In this document: positions 35,301 to 48,330 of the stretch, piece after piece
How the letters are laid out: every line of letters starts with the position of its first letter
Position numbering within the stretch: the stretch's first letter is position 1
Assembly: GCF_003704095.1 (NCBI RefSeq)
Contig: NW_020846701.1
Span: forward strand, 1 to 64,000
Direction: 5' to 3'
Source of the DNA: Pocillopora damicornis
Lineage: Eukaryota
Length of the DNA stretch: 64,000 nt
The notes under the pieces: model-generated
Told to the model about the DNA's origin: nothing
What the model saw: the letters and a program-made list of their open reading frames with translations, nothing else
Database searches by the model: none
Program-made: the position numbers and the translations under genes

Positions 35301-37688
35301 CTGTTATAGCGTGAGATTGAGGACAAAATTGATCATTACGTTTCGTCGCGTGTGTTTTTCCTGTGTGAAGCAACAAAAGATGCCGGCGACTGACGAAATA
35401 ACAAGTTAACACGAAAATCAAATAACACCTAAACAAACAGTTTTAGCTACCGATTTTCAGTGAATTTTAAAAGAACAATTTTCTTTTAAGTTTCAAGACA
35501 ATTTGAAGATTCAACATACATACAACGTACTAAAATGCGAAAGTTACACACCACAAAATTGGTAAATAGGCCTGAAATGAAATTCTATCTTGTTATTGAT
35601 TATACGTTGCCTAGCACGTGACTTAAATCTACCCAGGCGGAGATCGAGAATGACGGTGGCAGGCTTAGCTTAGTTATATCACTCAAAACTCGTTCCCGTT
35701 TGTCTCTTTTGATAAAGAGGGAATCGTTAATGTTTTCATTAAGACAGTATTGCCTTGATTTTCTAATATTTACAACGAAAGACAGTAAATCTCACTTTTC
35801 ACACACATTTACTTCCAACCTTTTCTCTTAAACCAGAAACAAAAATGATAGACGTTTAAAACACATGACATCATCCACCTTGTCAAATGTAATAGCATGA
35901 TCATTTCAATGGTAATGCCTTCTTATCCCAACGTTACTTTGTTTCTTTGCTACATTAGCGAACACTGAACTACTGCTCGTACTCTAGATATGACAATCAA
36001 CCACAAAATTCCCTAAACCAGATAACATTAAACATAATCTAAAAAATCATGTGTCAATTCACGAGTTTGCTCACAGAGCACTTTGATTTAATGTGATCTA
36101 ATACGTACGTTCTTTCTGACGCAAACTGAATTTCATAGGGGTGTAAAAACCAAGAATACTACACACCCTCCCTAAAATTTGGACGACCTCGTATACGGAC
36201 GTTATTGTGCTACGGAGTGTCATTATACCACAGGGTCCCCTGGTCAGTTGTAAAGACAACAATTCGCTTACTGGGGCCACTTTTAACACACGGATGTCTA
36301 ATGCAAAATCGTTGGGGAACAAATAATGTTATCTTAAAGGAAAAATTAAAATGTTTCACCATTTCTTTAGATCAGTTTGATGATGAGCTGCCTTGCTTTA
36401 GCTTGAATGAGCTATGGAATGACGATGAATTAGCCTTGACTTTAAATGTTGAAAGCGATCCTCACACCAGCCCACAGGAGCTGCACTTGCGGCAAAAGAG
36501 GAACAAGTCTTTGCACCCTCTTTTCTTCGACGTGGCTGCTCCAGAAAACCGCCAGAAGATATCAGTTGTCGAAAGGCCGATGCCAAGAAGCTCTCGATTC
36601 AAAGCAGAATCTAACGCGAGAGTAAACTCATGTGCTCCCTTATTTCTAGGCAGCAGTCAATCTAATAGGCACTTGAGGAGAATTCCCCTGCCTGTACTAC
36701 CACCCCCACCCACCCCTGAAGCAGAGGATTTTGATCTAACAGGTTACTCCGGGTCCGCAAGGGGTACATGTAGCAGTTATTGGAATAAAGGGCAACTAAA
36801 TCTCACTAGCACAGGAAGAATGAAACAGTGTTCTGGGCTGAGATCGCCATCGGAGGACCCCTATGATGTTCTAGAGGCAGAAGATTGGAATATCCTGCCT
36901 GTTGTTTCTAAGCCTGAAGGACAGACCAACGCTTTAAGCTCGAAAAAGAAGACAGAGAATGAAACTAATCTTTTAGGCTCTCAGAGTTCAACCACGTTGG
37001 ATACACCATCAATGCAAGGAAGCAGTTGTTTACAGAAAGAGAACGTGATAGCAGTCGAAGATGAGTGTACACAGCGATGTCAGCAAAGGTATCGTATTTG
37101 CATTGTACTGATTCGTTTGTGAGCCAAAACTAAAAGATGCGCGTAGAAAAATGAAGAAATTGTCTGAAAGCATGAACGCATTATTCTCGTGAAGGAGAAA
37201 ATATGAAATAAGGAAGCATCTATTACTCTAATCCGATGACATTTATATTTTATCATTGCCACACGTGAAGATGTTTGACGATTCTGTAAAATCAACTTTT
37301 AACATTTTTTCTTTTATTTTAGTCCCTGTTCTGCCTCCTTCTTCTGTTCTAAGTCTTCTGAGAGGTAGGTTTCCACTTGCAAAGGCATATAGTAAGCCAC
37401 ACGCTTCTGCAACGTCTGTATTCATTAAAGATCAAAGTTGTTAGGCCTAAGCTATTATGACAATCTTTGAAATATTAACTGGGTTTAATTTTATCAATAA
37501 CACGACTTCCGGTTACCGATTTTTTTGACCTAAAGAAATGAAGTTATACATAGCAAAATATTTGACTTCGCAATGGCGAGCAGTGTTGCTTTCCGACCCA
37601 TAACTACCCCGCTTTTACCCATTACAGCTGTGAACAAGACTTCGAAGAGAAAGACGCATTTGCAGGGATTTTCAATGGATTGTTATAG
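11311..37688 (+). CDS. HFM1: Meiotic DExH-box DNA helicase HFM1/MER3 (~40 exons)
   Basis: Spliced exons give FPYFNIVQS, Walker A APTGSGKT (14818-14951), DE|VH split over 16013/16248, SATIPN, GYHHAGL, QMIGRAGRPQ, a Sec63-like region, the Zn motif CSHRCLNKEECGHECCK, and a C-terminus ...AGIFNGLL* resembling the HFM1 GIFDGIF end. The start codon at 11311 is less certain. Confidence 0.95.
13772..14133 (+). other. U12-type (minor spliceosome) GT-AG intron in HFM1
   Basis: Donor GTATCCTC, branch TTTCCTTGAT at 14115-14124 just before the AG with no polypyrimidine tract; the frame is restored across it (EI-P-NPFRSVF). Confidence 0.8.
15490..15675 (-). repeat. Penelope-associated repeat with hammerhead-like core
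   Basis: Minus strand reads gct-CTGACGA-agggctaacgctc-GAAA-tgcg-agc at 15545-15512. Confidence 0.6.
15678..15882. repeat. Degenerate (TCAG)n microsatellite
   Basis: Repeated cagt/tcag units in an HFM1 intron. Confidence 0.8.
20600..25294 (-). CDS. Nested antisense gene in HFM1 intron 19043-25811: ~610-aa disordered protein with tandem acidic repeats, a PAM2 motif and a Pro/Asn-rich tail
   Basis: Phase-consistent GT-AG exons 25294-25190, 24748-24587, 24465-24307, 23872-23711, 23558-23397, 23245-23141, 22808-22747, 22476-22419, 22153-21961 and 21270-20600 total 1839 nt with an open frame. PAM2-like LNPLAREFRP; AATAAA on the minus strand at 20445-20440. The first exon and a partial exon at ~24900-24994 are uncertain. 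Confidence 0.7.
23040..24960 (-). repeat. Tandem array of ~6.5 exon+intron units (~310 bp)
   Basis: Each unit has an acceptor such as ttccacacag|, a 159-162-nt phase-0 exon (VVQxxDPERGNEKDAECS...GCxPExSRDxxDRKE) and a donor gag|gtat. Confidence 0.9.
25347..25354. promoter_or_regulatory. Perfect CRE palindrome upstream of the nested gene
   Basis: TGACGTCA about 50 bp upstream of the ATG at 25294 (minus strand). Confidence 0.45.
29515..29930. repeat. Interspersed repeat (non-autonomous element)
   Basis: Contains tctgattggctctc and tggtctgagattatacttgtgatttcaaat...cagaccaaattgca; a related fragment lies at ~50975-51090. Confidence 0.5.
30704..31005 (-). mobile_element. SINE fragment with (TTACA)n tail
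   Basis: Minus strand carries ggataaggacgataaaccgtaggtcccgtctc, resembling a conserved metazoan SINE central domain, and ends in attacattacattaca. Confidence 0.6.
31768..31916. mobile_element. Fold-back MITE, diverged copy of 7807-7943
   Basis: Same arms (cacctacccctccc...gggaaggggtaggtg) and ttggatcaat...attgatccaa ends. Confidence 0.8.
33474..33741 (+). other. U12-type AT-AC intron in the HFM1 zinc-binding motif
   Basis: Donor ATATCTTTT, branch TTCCTTGAC at 33724-33732, ends AC at 33740-33741; this splice yields CSHRCLNKEECGHECCK with the conserved spacing. Confidence 0.85.
34869..35445 (+). mobile_element. Helentron-associated (HINE/DINE-like) non-autonomous element
   Basis: T-run, subterminal repeat taactcg with nearby inverted copy cgagtta around a GC palindrome, (TCGC)n microsatellite, and a distal inverted copy acaagttaa at 35401-35409. 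Confidence 0.45.
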
Positions 37689-39500
37689 ACTGAAAATGGA
37701 AAATAAGACGGGGGAAGAAAAGGGTTCGTGTGAACTCTACTATCAAGACAATGAGAAAGTATTGCGAACATTTTGTCAACAAATAACCACAATTCAAAGT
37801 TATCTCGAAATTTTGAGTTGGACCGTGATAAAACAGTTAAATTGGATTTTTCAGTTTGATGTCAGTTTGTATTCTTTCGCAGACATCTACTAATTTAGCT
37901 TGATTAGATTGTAACCGGTTATCTTTCATTTTTTTTACTACTTTCACCAAATGTGTTTTATGCACCATAACAGCAACAGATCCTACGAGGTCTAACACGG
38001 TCCACCTGCAGCCTTGACAGTCACTGCCACTCGAGGAAATAAATATTTATTACTTTGTCTCTTCATATGGGTTTTAAGGGGCTGTAGCATCACTGTGTTA
38101 TCCACTCTTGTGCTGGAAATAATTCATTATCTACCTCTTCACCGGGTAACAGGGATTAACGAGTGCAAACCTTGAGTAGCTGTTCACATACGTAAAGCCC
38201 GCTTCTTAATCGGTCGCAAAGGAGCTCTCACGTTCTGGAGAAATTGTAACTACGCAAGAAAAACTCGAGAGCCCTCCCAGCCCGCGCTGAAAAAATGGAA
38301 AGCATTCAACTTAAAGAGCGAATGAACCAACCTAGCAAGTGTTGAAACAAATTATAGGTTTCACGGGTTACAGGTGCAAATATGCCAAAATAGGAATTTT
38401 CAAGGACACCAGAGAGCGACTAACACACATTCAATGACGACCGAAGTGAAATTCTGCAACAGAGCATGTTATATATGTTTTGTATGCAAGTAAGACTAAC
38501 GTATCTATGACCAATGCGTAATTCGCTATCTTATCGTTAAATATTAGCACCTTCTTTAAAAGGCCTGGAATTCTCTTAAATATCCATTAAATTAGAGCCT
38601 TACACTTTCTATACACTTTATAAAGATTTAGTAACCAGGGAACGGAACCGTTCTACACCTTTAAAAATATACTCATCTTACAATGAATTTGAATATTTTA
38701 CAGTTCCCATTGATGCAAGATGGTAATTATTCTACCCTTAGCTACGGTAACTCAAAATCTATAAATATTATTTGACGCCAGACAATTACATATTTGAGAA
38801 GATCCATAATAAAATGTTAACTTTCAATATCTGAAAGTGAACTCATAACAATACAAATTATGTTGGCTAGTCAGGAGAATTTGGAGTTACACACAAACAA
38901 AACAAAACCCCTAGTTGATCAGTTTCTAAATTCTCTTTGCCCGGCTGCTTGTTACTGGAGAATACAGGTACCGATCACTTCTAGGAGTATAAAGGTTATA
39001 ACAGTTACGCCTGGTATCAAAACTTTGAATACTTTCCATTACGTATTTCCCTTTCAAAAATGTACTTTTTCAAAAAATACAGTTACAGTTTATTATATTA
39101 TGTTATATAATTCTTATTTTTATTCAATGATTAAGTTATAATTATTATAAACTTTTGGTCAGCCATATTGCTCTTAAGACTGAGATTTATGTGAGCCAAA
39201 CGGGAAGATCATTTTCGCACGATGACTGAGACTTTCATACTGTCATAAAAAAAGGTCCGGTTTGCTGTCCAACCTTATCAGTAACAAAGAAGATTTAAAT
39301 AAGGGGGTTTTAATTAAAATTAAACGGTAGTTTTATATAAGGGTCTGTTCCCAGCCACTGCTATTCTCAAAATTTTCCACTCAACACATCGTTTTTGACA
39401 CTTTATAAATAAGGCAGTCTCCTTAGTACCTGTAATCCGGTCTACTCACGCGGCACACCAGTAGTTTCTTGAATACCGTTGTAAAAAGAGAGTTTAACGG

Positions 39501-42500
39501 CTAACTTCGTTTGCTATCCGAAGCACTATTAACAGCAAGTCCGTTGTTAAATCCCTGCCGAGTATCCTTCCTCCCTTGAAACGCGTCCATTCGCTTAGCG
39601 CCCTTTTCCGACATGTTTCCGTAGAGAATCCTGCTTCTACTCGGCTGCTTGTTTCGTTGAGGGAAAGGTCTGAAGTTCTCGGGATACTTGCACCTCTTGT
39701 CTTCCTCCAACAGCCAAGAACTGTTATTGGAGTTATAACCAGACCCGTGATACGAGCGGGTGTATACTCGTCCCGTGCCACCGAACGATACTGCGCCTGC
39801 GTCAAGAACAGCAGGGCTGTTTTTGTCCACTACCCTCACGGGTTTTGGCTTATCATTGTTCGCCGCAGTTACTTTTAATGATGAAGATTCAACCACCGTA
39901 ACTTTTGTGGATTTACGACTGGCATTCAAACCAGACAGAAGCGGTTTATTTTGCGTTGGTTTGTCAGTTTCTAACGACGATACTTCACCATTTAATCCAA
40001 CATGTTGAATTTTACGCGTGTTTGGAGTAATTCGCTTAACATTTTTGGCCGGTTTCTCCTCAGAAATTTGTTCTTTCTTCTCTTCTGGAATTTTCTTCAT
40101 AGAAATCTCCTTTGTCCTATCAGTTTTAACGTGTTTTTCACTCGCCTCTGGAGCCTTTTCCTCTTCTGAAGGCTGTTTGGTTTCTTTCTTTTCCTTCTGA
40201 TCACCTTTGAATAACTCATTCAAATGCTGCATGCTTTCCTTCTCATAAGCGTTTGGTTTCACTTCCACTTTGGTCTCAGTCTTAGAACTGACCACATCTC
40301 CTACTGATAACCGTTCACTAGCATTCGTTTCGTTCTCCTTCTTGACTCCGAAATGACTTCGAGCAGTCTTAGTCTTTTTCTTAGTTGCTGATACAAACAG
40401 ATGATTAATAGCAGCAGGAATGCTCTTGCGCTTTTCAGATTCCTGTATGTTCTGTACTGTGGCCTCTGAAAACACCACTACAGCATTCTGCTGCATCTGC
40501 CTCATCCTTGCATACTGCTTCTGTAAGAAGGTCATCTCCTGATGAACACGGCGTCCTCTTGAACCAAACTGCTTCGTGGTATATGGTAGGGGAGAGTAAC
40601 CATCAGTAGCAAACACGCCCGGACTAGCAGCTGCAATGTCATTCAAATCCTCGCCACCGGCACCTAGCGCTTTAGTGCTATTTCCAGGGGAAAATTCCGA
40701 GAACGGCAACAGAGCTCCTAAGCAACCGATCCCTTCCAAGTCATCGACGTCGTCTTCTTCATCGCTAGAACCGCGTCCTAGTGCTGATCGCTGACCTCGA
40801 TCGCCGGTAGCGTCTGAAAACGGGTTGATATTGTACGTGTACTGCTCTCGAAGTTCTGCTAACCCTGGTAAGGGAAACGGAGCCAAGGCGTACACCTCCT
40901 ACAAATAGCAATATAGTTTAATTTTAACCATTTTAACGCAACACTTCCGCGCTAAAAATTGGTATCATTTAGAATAGTGCACCACAAGGCGATTCTTTAC
41001 GACAATTTTTCAATCGACAACGTCTTGCAAGGTTTTGAATGCGATGTGAATCAGAAATCGATGGATCCAAATCCAACAATTGTCGATTTAAAAACTTCCA
41101 AAAGTGACATTTACTTCTTTCAAGGAAGAATACGGTGTTCTCCCTTATTTTAAACACAGAGTAGAAACCCAATTGTGGGCCACCGTAGTTTGACGCTTTT
41201 TCGCCGGAGAAAAAGTCTTCAAAAAAGTGAGAAACTTCAATGACGGTGAGTATACTCTTAAAAATTAAAATCGGACCGTAAGCTAAATGTTTATACCTGC
41301 ATTAACGTTTGACAATCAATGACATTTCCAGTCAGCACATCATGTATTAGTACCCCCATTGTGCTGTAAAAATCATCAGAAGTTTCCACGTGTTCAAGGC
41401 GCCTGATGGAAGAAAAAGTGTCCAATGTAATAAGCTGTATCAATATTTTGAGTCAGACAGCTAATATCGGAGGCGTTCGAGTGCGCAGCTGTTTTGGTTT
41501 AAAGTGCTGTGTTAACACAATGCTACATAACCTTTTAGAGGAGGAGAATTCATCTTGGTGGTTGTATGACATTTAGAAAAAAAATCATAGGGAAAGGAAG
41601 TATAACAAAACTGTATCCCTATCAAGTCACCATAACACTCCCTGAAAAGTCAAACTTTCCACCCGACATGTGGTTTGGAAAGTGCTCTCGGTATGGGACT
41701 TGTGCGCGTGCGATTCCTTTCATTCTTAACGCCCGTCAACCGGCAATAAATTATGTCTCTTAAACCTCCGCAAATACCCTCCCGTAAATGGAAATAACAG
41801 AGATCCCCTGTTCTTGCCTGAAAAGGGCAAATTAAAGTAGAATTTTACAGTTCATCTCAATATTATTTCAATTCGTTCTACATTTTGGTTTGCATGAAGG
41901 ATAATCGGAGATTCTTTGCCTTCTCTCTTTTTTTTTTTTTAGATAAATTCATATTAAATTATGACAGGAAACTTGAGGTTTCCGATAAATATTTTAGCTA
42001 ACAGGTACATGTTTACACATGCACCTTCTTTGTACTTGACTGACCGGTGGACGTGAGGGAGTGGGAGGGTGACTGAATTACAAACCTACACATAAATCTT
42101 TACTGAATACAAGTTAACCTAAATAAACCAAGAAATAGTTCGATACATACTCTCCAAGTTTACCCCAAATAGCAACAGCAACTCTAAGAAGCACCTCTGA
42201 GCCCTCTAACAAGATGGAGTCCCACACACGCAAAACAGTCTCCTCAGGCAAACAAGTGGCAAACAGTGTCAGAAACCACTGCATGGTGAAAACATTAATT
42301 AAAGGAGGCTCGTACATGGCATTGGAACCATTCTGTGACAAGGCTTGTGCTTGTAAGCTATCCAGGTGTTTTGATAGCCTCTCTAGCTTCTCCCTCATTA
42401 GGTCACGCAAGACAGCCATGTCGACAGAAAGTGCCCGCAGGTTATTTGCAAAGTAGTTTGTGGGAAGCACGTGGTCGATGACATAAACCATAACCTATAA

Positions 42501-45500
42501 AAAGAAATTGTGGATTGTAACATTTCACAACAATTTACTTTCTAAAATGCTAACTTTTTCAACCCTGTCACTCTTGTACAGGGACATCAAGTATTGGTCT
42601 CTCCCAGCAGTTAATGAAAAGGTTAATTTTTAAAGCTCTGGAAAAACTGATAGTTCATGTATCCTTACAAACATGTCAATAAAATTAAGACGGAAAAGGG
42701 TAAGGAAAACCTTAACAAAACAAAATAATAACTATTAGCAATTAATTATAGATGTACCTTCAGTGCATCTTCCTCATTTCTGTCCATTACTTGAAGAATT
42801 AATGCTGCAATGACATTGAATCCTTGACAGTAACCCACAGCCTTGTTGCGTCGGGCATAAGCTAAAAGAACGCGTTTTAGTGATGCTCTTTCCTCAGGAG
42901 TATCCTGACCACAAAACCAGCTGCAGCCAGTTCGATGAAGATCCTAAACAATATTGTGAGGTAGTTATCATTAAAGATACAATATGTGGGGTACATGTGT
43001 ACATGTGCATGTGACATCATCTATCAGCCACACTGATTTGTGGGCATACACTAACAATACTGCTTCACTCTGAATCATAGAGTGACACATTATTAGGACT
43101 GCAAAAAGTAATGATTGGGTAGACTTCTCAGTGGACCTCTACTAATTCTTCATTTCTCATACTTTATGAAGCAAAGCCAACTTGAATTGAACGCGGTTTA
43201 AAAATCTCTCATCAACCTCGAAAAATACAGATCACGGAAGACAACTTCATCTGCAGTGTGATACATGCATTTCTAGATAACTAGTAGAAATTCCATTCTA
43301 TGCAGAAATTAAAAGCTCAAAACTGTAGTAAACACTAGTAAACTGATGAACAATGCAAAAATTAGTTTTTGATAAAATCAAGACTTCCTTTATGCCTTGA
43401 TCATGAAATATTACCCTGTGCATGTCTGCCATACAATTCACATCTTGTCTTATTGACTGGCCATTTTAGATTTGTGAGAACGAGATCACTCCATGAACCA
43501 CAACACTTGCACTTAGCTAGCTCTAAGTTATTCGAATTTGAAATATGTTGTTCATTGAATGACAGAGGCAAACTTGGAGAAAAAGAACTCCAATTAGTCT
43601 CAACAGGAGTCAAACCTACATGTGCAACCTTCTGATTAGTGCTGCAGATGCTCTACCAGTGAGCTAAAGGAAACTCATTGCAGACTAAGCAGTTTAACTA
43701 GGTCAAGGGTGACAAACTTCCTGAATACTGCTAGGACAGGAATGTCAATATGTGAATTTGTTACAATGTGTTTCTCTGTCATAAATTCTTACCTTTACTA
43801 TTTGTGATCCTAGCTCATCATCATCAGGATTACTCCTCTCATTAAAGCAAAATTTAGCTGTCTTTTCCCAATCCAAATCTTTTATTTTACTCTCAGCAAG
43901 ACACAACCATAACTGACAATGAAAGTGTTACTCATTACAAAAAATACTACAAGTGTATCTTTAAATAGATTACTTCACTATCACCCCTGAAAAATGTTTC
44001 GGTCCTAACTATAACACAGATGCAGTTTAACAGTATGAGAGCAAAGAGAAGAGCAAAAGCAAGGCAAGAACAAGGGATTTGATATTCAATAAAATCACAT
44101 AATGTGTAAACACTGAAATCTGATGCACAGACAGATGGGAGTCATTGAAAAAATGGGTGAAACTTGAGTATACATGTAAGATGTGGGAAGTTCAATGGCA
44201 TCAATAGTTAGGATAAAATATAAAACATCACTTTTGAAACTGCCTTGTAAACACCTTTTGCTTCTCTGAGTGAACATTGGCTGCAAATTTGCTAGAATTT
44301 TTTTCACAAAACAAAGTGGGGGATTAACATAATGACAATAAAACTAACTCTATCAAAATTGATGCAAATGCACTAAAAAAATCGAGTTTACTTTTGTTGG
44401 ACAAAATAGAAGTAAGGATTCAGTTAATTTACTCTGGAGGGAAATAGGAAGTAAAGGTTAACTCACCCTCCTTCTCCACTGTGATGGGACACCTTCTTTA
44501 AGTCTGGCAATGGCTTTGAATGCAGCAAGCCACTATCAGGAAAAAAGGATCACTATTTGTAAAAGAAAACCACTGAAGGAAACTGTCACAAAAAAGTCAT
44601 CACTACTTACATGTTTAAATGCCTTCTTTCCAGACTGAGGGATGAAGGAAAACCTGATTTTAGTATCCACACCTAAAAAGAGACAAGCAATACTCCACTT
44701 TTTTAATTGTCAAAACTTTAATTTCTGTAGACCTCCATAGCATTAGACATTGTTTCATTCCATGTTCATGTTTCACTGTTTAATATCCAAATATCACAAA
44801 ATTGGTGCTCAGAAGAAATATCCATTTTCTTTCAAAGCAAAAATTTGTCTCATAAAACACCAAAAAATTGTCAATCCTCAAAATTGTAAACAATTTGCAA
44901 CAAAACATCACAAATGACATCAAGTCTGGAAAACCTTTGAGGACACCCCCAAAAGACATTTATCATTCAAATAAGTGAATCATACAACCAAGTCACAGTA
45001 AAGAAAAAAAAAATTAAAGGCATACATCTATGATGCAATGTGGGATTTTACAGAATCAAATACAACATTACTACTCATGTACATGTATGTGATATCACCT
45101 ATTATTAATAATAATAGTAATAATAATAATAGTAATAATAATAATAGTAATAACAATAATAATAACAATAGAAACCAGAGGAGGCTCAAATATTGTCATT
45201 AGCATAATTAATTTGATCATGATTATAGGTATGCTCTCCATTTTCTAAAATACGTTTGTTAAACATTATGTAATAGAGGTGGAGAGTGGATTAAAAAAGG
45301 CTCCAAATTTTGATTGTAGCTGCTCTCAAAAATTTCACTTTTTTGGCATAAAAATTTCAGAAAAATATCAGACCCCAGTCTGTTAGTTGTTTTAAAAACT
45401 TTGATTGGCTCACAGTCATAACCAGAGCATACAATCAATGCAAAACAAAAAAAATTACAGTTTATGACAAAATATAGCTTCATTCCAACCATAAATCACA

Positions 45501-48330
45501 AAATCACCATAAAAATTATTTTCCTGATACATTTTCTTCGTTTTTATGCCTGTGTCATATATTTTTTTGTGATCTTTAGAAACTGTGTGCTCAAAAGTTT
45601 GTTCTCCAGCCCAAGGTGTTACGCTCTGCATAACTATCTCCATTTCTTTTGTCACCAATTTCTATTCTAGCAGAGTCTGATTTAAGGCTGATTTATATGT
45701 GAATATGAACATTTCCACAAGAGAGGAAGTAGTTTCAACCATAAGATGTCGTCTGAAGCACCCACTTGAGCAGTCATTTTGATTTACCCATTTCAAACCA
45801 CATGACCACATACCTAAAAGGGTCTAGCAAAAACTGTCTGAAACAAGATAAGTACCATTATTAACTAATTTATGCATGAAACCAAAATTAAATATTGAAA
45901 TACCAAAATCATTTGGTATTTCCATATGAACCTGCATTGAGGGAAATCCCTCTACAACAAAAGATTTACAGAAAAACTTTCCAAACATGCATTGTTGTTA
46001 TCTGGTGCATTTTAAAAAAGTGGTGATTTTCAACAAACTTCTGAATAAAGTTTCTGTAATTCCACACCTTACTCTCAGTGGTAATTACTTAAAATCAAGA
46101 GGACCAATTGTTCTGACCACTGCTACATTTTGGATTTAGCCAAGTAAAACTCAAGGAGAAAATTGCACATTTAAAAGAGCACATCAAATTTTCTATGCGC
46201 AAAAAGCAAGATTTGCCAATATCATTTAAAAACCAAATGAAATTTCACTGAACTCAATACAGCTGTAGCATAGCAACTGTGATAGTAATATTCAAAGTAC
46301 AAGATAAATACAATATCACAGAGACATTCTCATAAAGCATATTTCTTAAATTCTTGAATATTCTGTGTCTGGTCTGCTCAGTGCAGATCTTCATTCAAAG
46401 AAAACCAACAGTACAGCAAAAATCAAACAAAGGTACTAACAGTGACATGCCTGTCTAAAATGTCTATGTCCTAAAAGCCTCTGGAAACTTGACTAAAAAG
46501 CTTGTCAATCTTATTCTGGTAACTTGATTACAGTTTAACAATTTTTTAAAATGTAGCTCTTTTCAAGAGGTGTAAATCTTAACAATTTGGCAAAATTTGC
46601 ATCTCAAAGAATGATGCTGAGATTGTTACCAAATGTGAAACGGAACAATTTGTTGGTTACTTGAGGCTGATTGGATAATTGGAATATTCATAATGATCTT
46701 CACAACACACAGTAGGAACTATTTGTTCTATTCACTTCAAAGTCACCAGGGACAAAGCCAGTATCTAAATATCTCCATCTAACAATAGAAATACAGAACC
46801 TGTAAAAATTTCAAGGGTTATCAACTGTGATGTAAAGAAATCATGATTGATCAATGAATAATTTTGCATTTTCAGGCCAAAAATACGACGTGTCAGGCAA
46901 TTTGCAATGCAATAGATTTCACAAGGTATCAATAGGTTATTTTTAACATAGCTCCATGCCATTGAAAACACCTAAGAAAAATCTTCATGGCTGTTTCTAG
47001 AACATCACGCTGTGTTCAGGTGTTAAGAATTTTGAAAAATTTGCCAAAAAAGATTTACCCATAATAAAAGCGATTGTAATACAAAATTCAACAGAATCCT
47101 AGCTTGGACTATTTAAAGCAAACAGCGACCTTTGTTATGAAAATTGAGCAGTTGTTAAATTTACGCAGAATACTATGATTGATATCTGCTCAGAAAAAAT
47201 CAGGAAAAAGTAGATAATTTACCACAAAGAGAGCTAGTTTTGGAAAATTTCGATTTCCTTGAGAAGTTTACTCTTGCCTGGATGAATATTTCCCAAAATT
47301 AAAGCGCTGCAAACAAGCAATTAATGATCATAAATCGATTAACAAAAATTCTCAGGCGTTGCGTGTGGGAAGGTCAAATACTTACGTCTTTTCAACGAAA
47401 CCGCTTGAAGAATAGCAGTTAAAACATCAAAGTTTCTTTGTAGTTTGTAAGCGTGCTTATCCCTCCGTTTAAGTTGTTTGACTAATTTTGTCGAAAGCAT
47501 GGATATTCGTGTTCGCATCTCCTTTGCCATGATTCGAAGCTCATCTGTATCTGTGAGCAGAAAAAAATTAAAACAGAAATATAAACAGCCAATTGAAAAC
47601 CATCACCTGTACAAATGCTTACCATTTAGAAAAATTCCCAATTCTGAGACTCAAATGGAAACCAAATTACGCTTTGATATTGATGTTGCGACCCTTGCTG
47701 GGTATTATCCTTCAAAAACAACTAGTACTAAACAGCATTAAACACAAGATAGTGTCCGATATTCGCCAATGTAAAATTAATAGGACAAGGATAAATTTCT
47801 GTCCTCATTTTCTAACTGGAAATTTTACTCTGACTTCTTGATTTCAATATTATACAGCAAAATAAAAATGGAAAACCAATGCAAATAGTCGAACTGCGTT
47901 CAAACTTAAGCTGGTAATTTTACAAGAGCAATTGAAGGTCTTGTTGCTAACCTTTCGCGGAAAGTTCGCTTTTCGTCCACCGTTCGCCGCGTTCTTCGAG
48001 GTCGAAAGAACCGCCGTAGAAACTCCCCGATGTCGTAGAACACTCAGTAACATTGTCACTATCCACTGAGTCTCTGCTGTGATACTGGTCGTAAATTTCA
48101 AACAAAAGACAGTCGACGATCGAAGCTTTTTTTATTAACTCGCTGCGTTGTTTTTCCGGGTCGAATCCATTTGTAAATACTGAGTTTTCATTTGCACCAA
48201 AACCCCAATCAGAATCTTCACTCCTTGGACTCAAAGGGCTTTCGTCGTAACTACTTTCAGTACTCAAACTTTCTCGTTCTGTACTTCCTTGTCGTTCAAA
48301 GTCTGACTCATCATCTTCTTGGTCCGCCAT
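39501..48330 (-). CDS. TBC1D30: TBC1 domain family member 30 (Rab-GAP), 9 exons
   Basis: Exons 48330-47952, 47550-47386, 44672-44611, 44532-44467, 43912-43793, 42943-42758, 42494-42151, 41402-41297 and 40898-39501 are phase-consistent; R-finger IVKDLHRT, Q-finger YCQGFN, and the TBC1D30-type motifs FNERSNPDDD, NNLRALSVDMAV, YEPPLINVFTMQWFLTLFATCLP and LAELREQYTYNI. Confidence 0.93.
43570..43745 (-). mobile_element. Degenerate tRNA-derived SINE-like repeat
   Basis: Minus strand tagctcactggtagagc ... ggtttgactcc (A/B-box-like). Confidence 0.5.
45107..45170. repeat. (AAT)n/(AGT) microsatellite
   Basis: aataataatagtaataataat... run. Confidence 0.9.

Noticed and set aside
39494-40200. Overlapping ORFs in other frames and on the other strand within the last TBC1D30 exon
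   Set aside because: These are shadow ORFs of a real coding exon.
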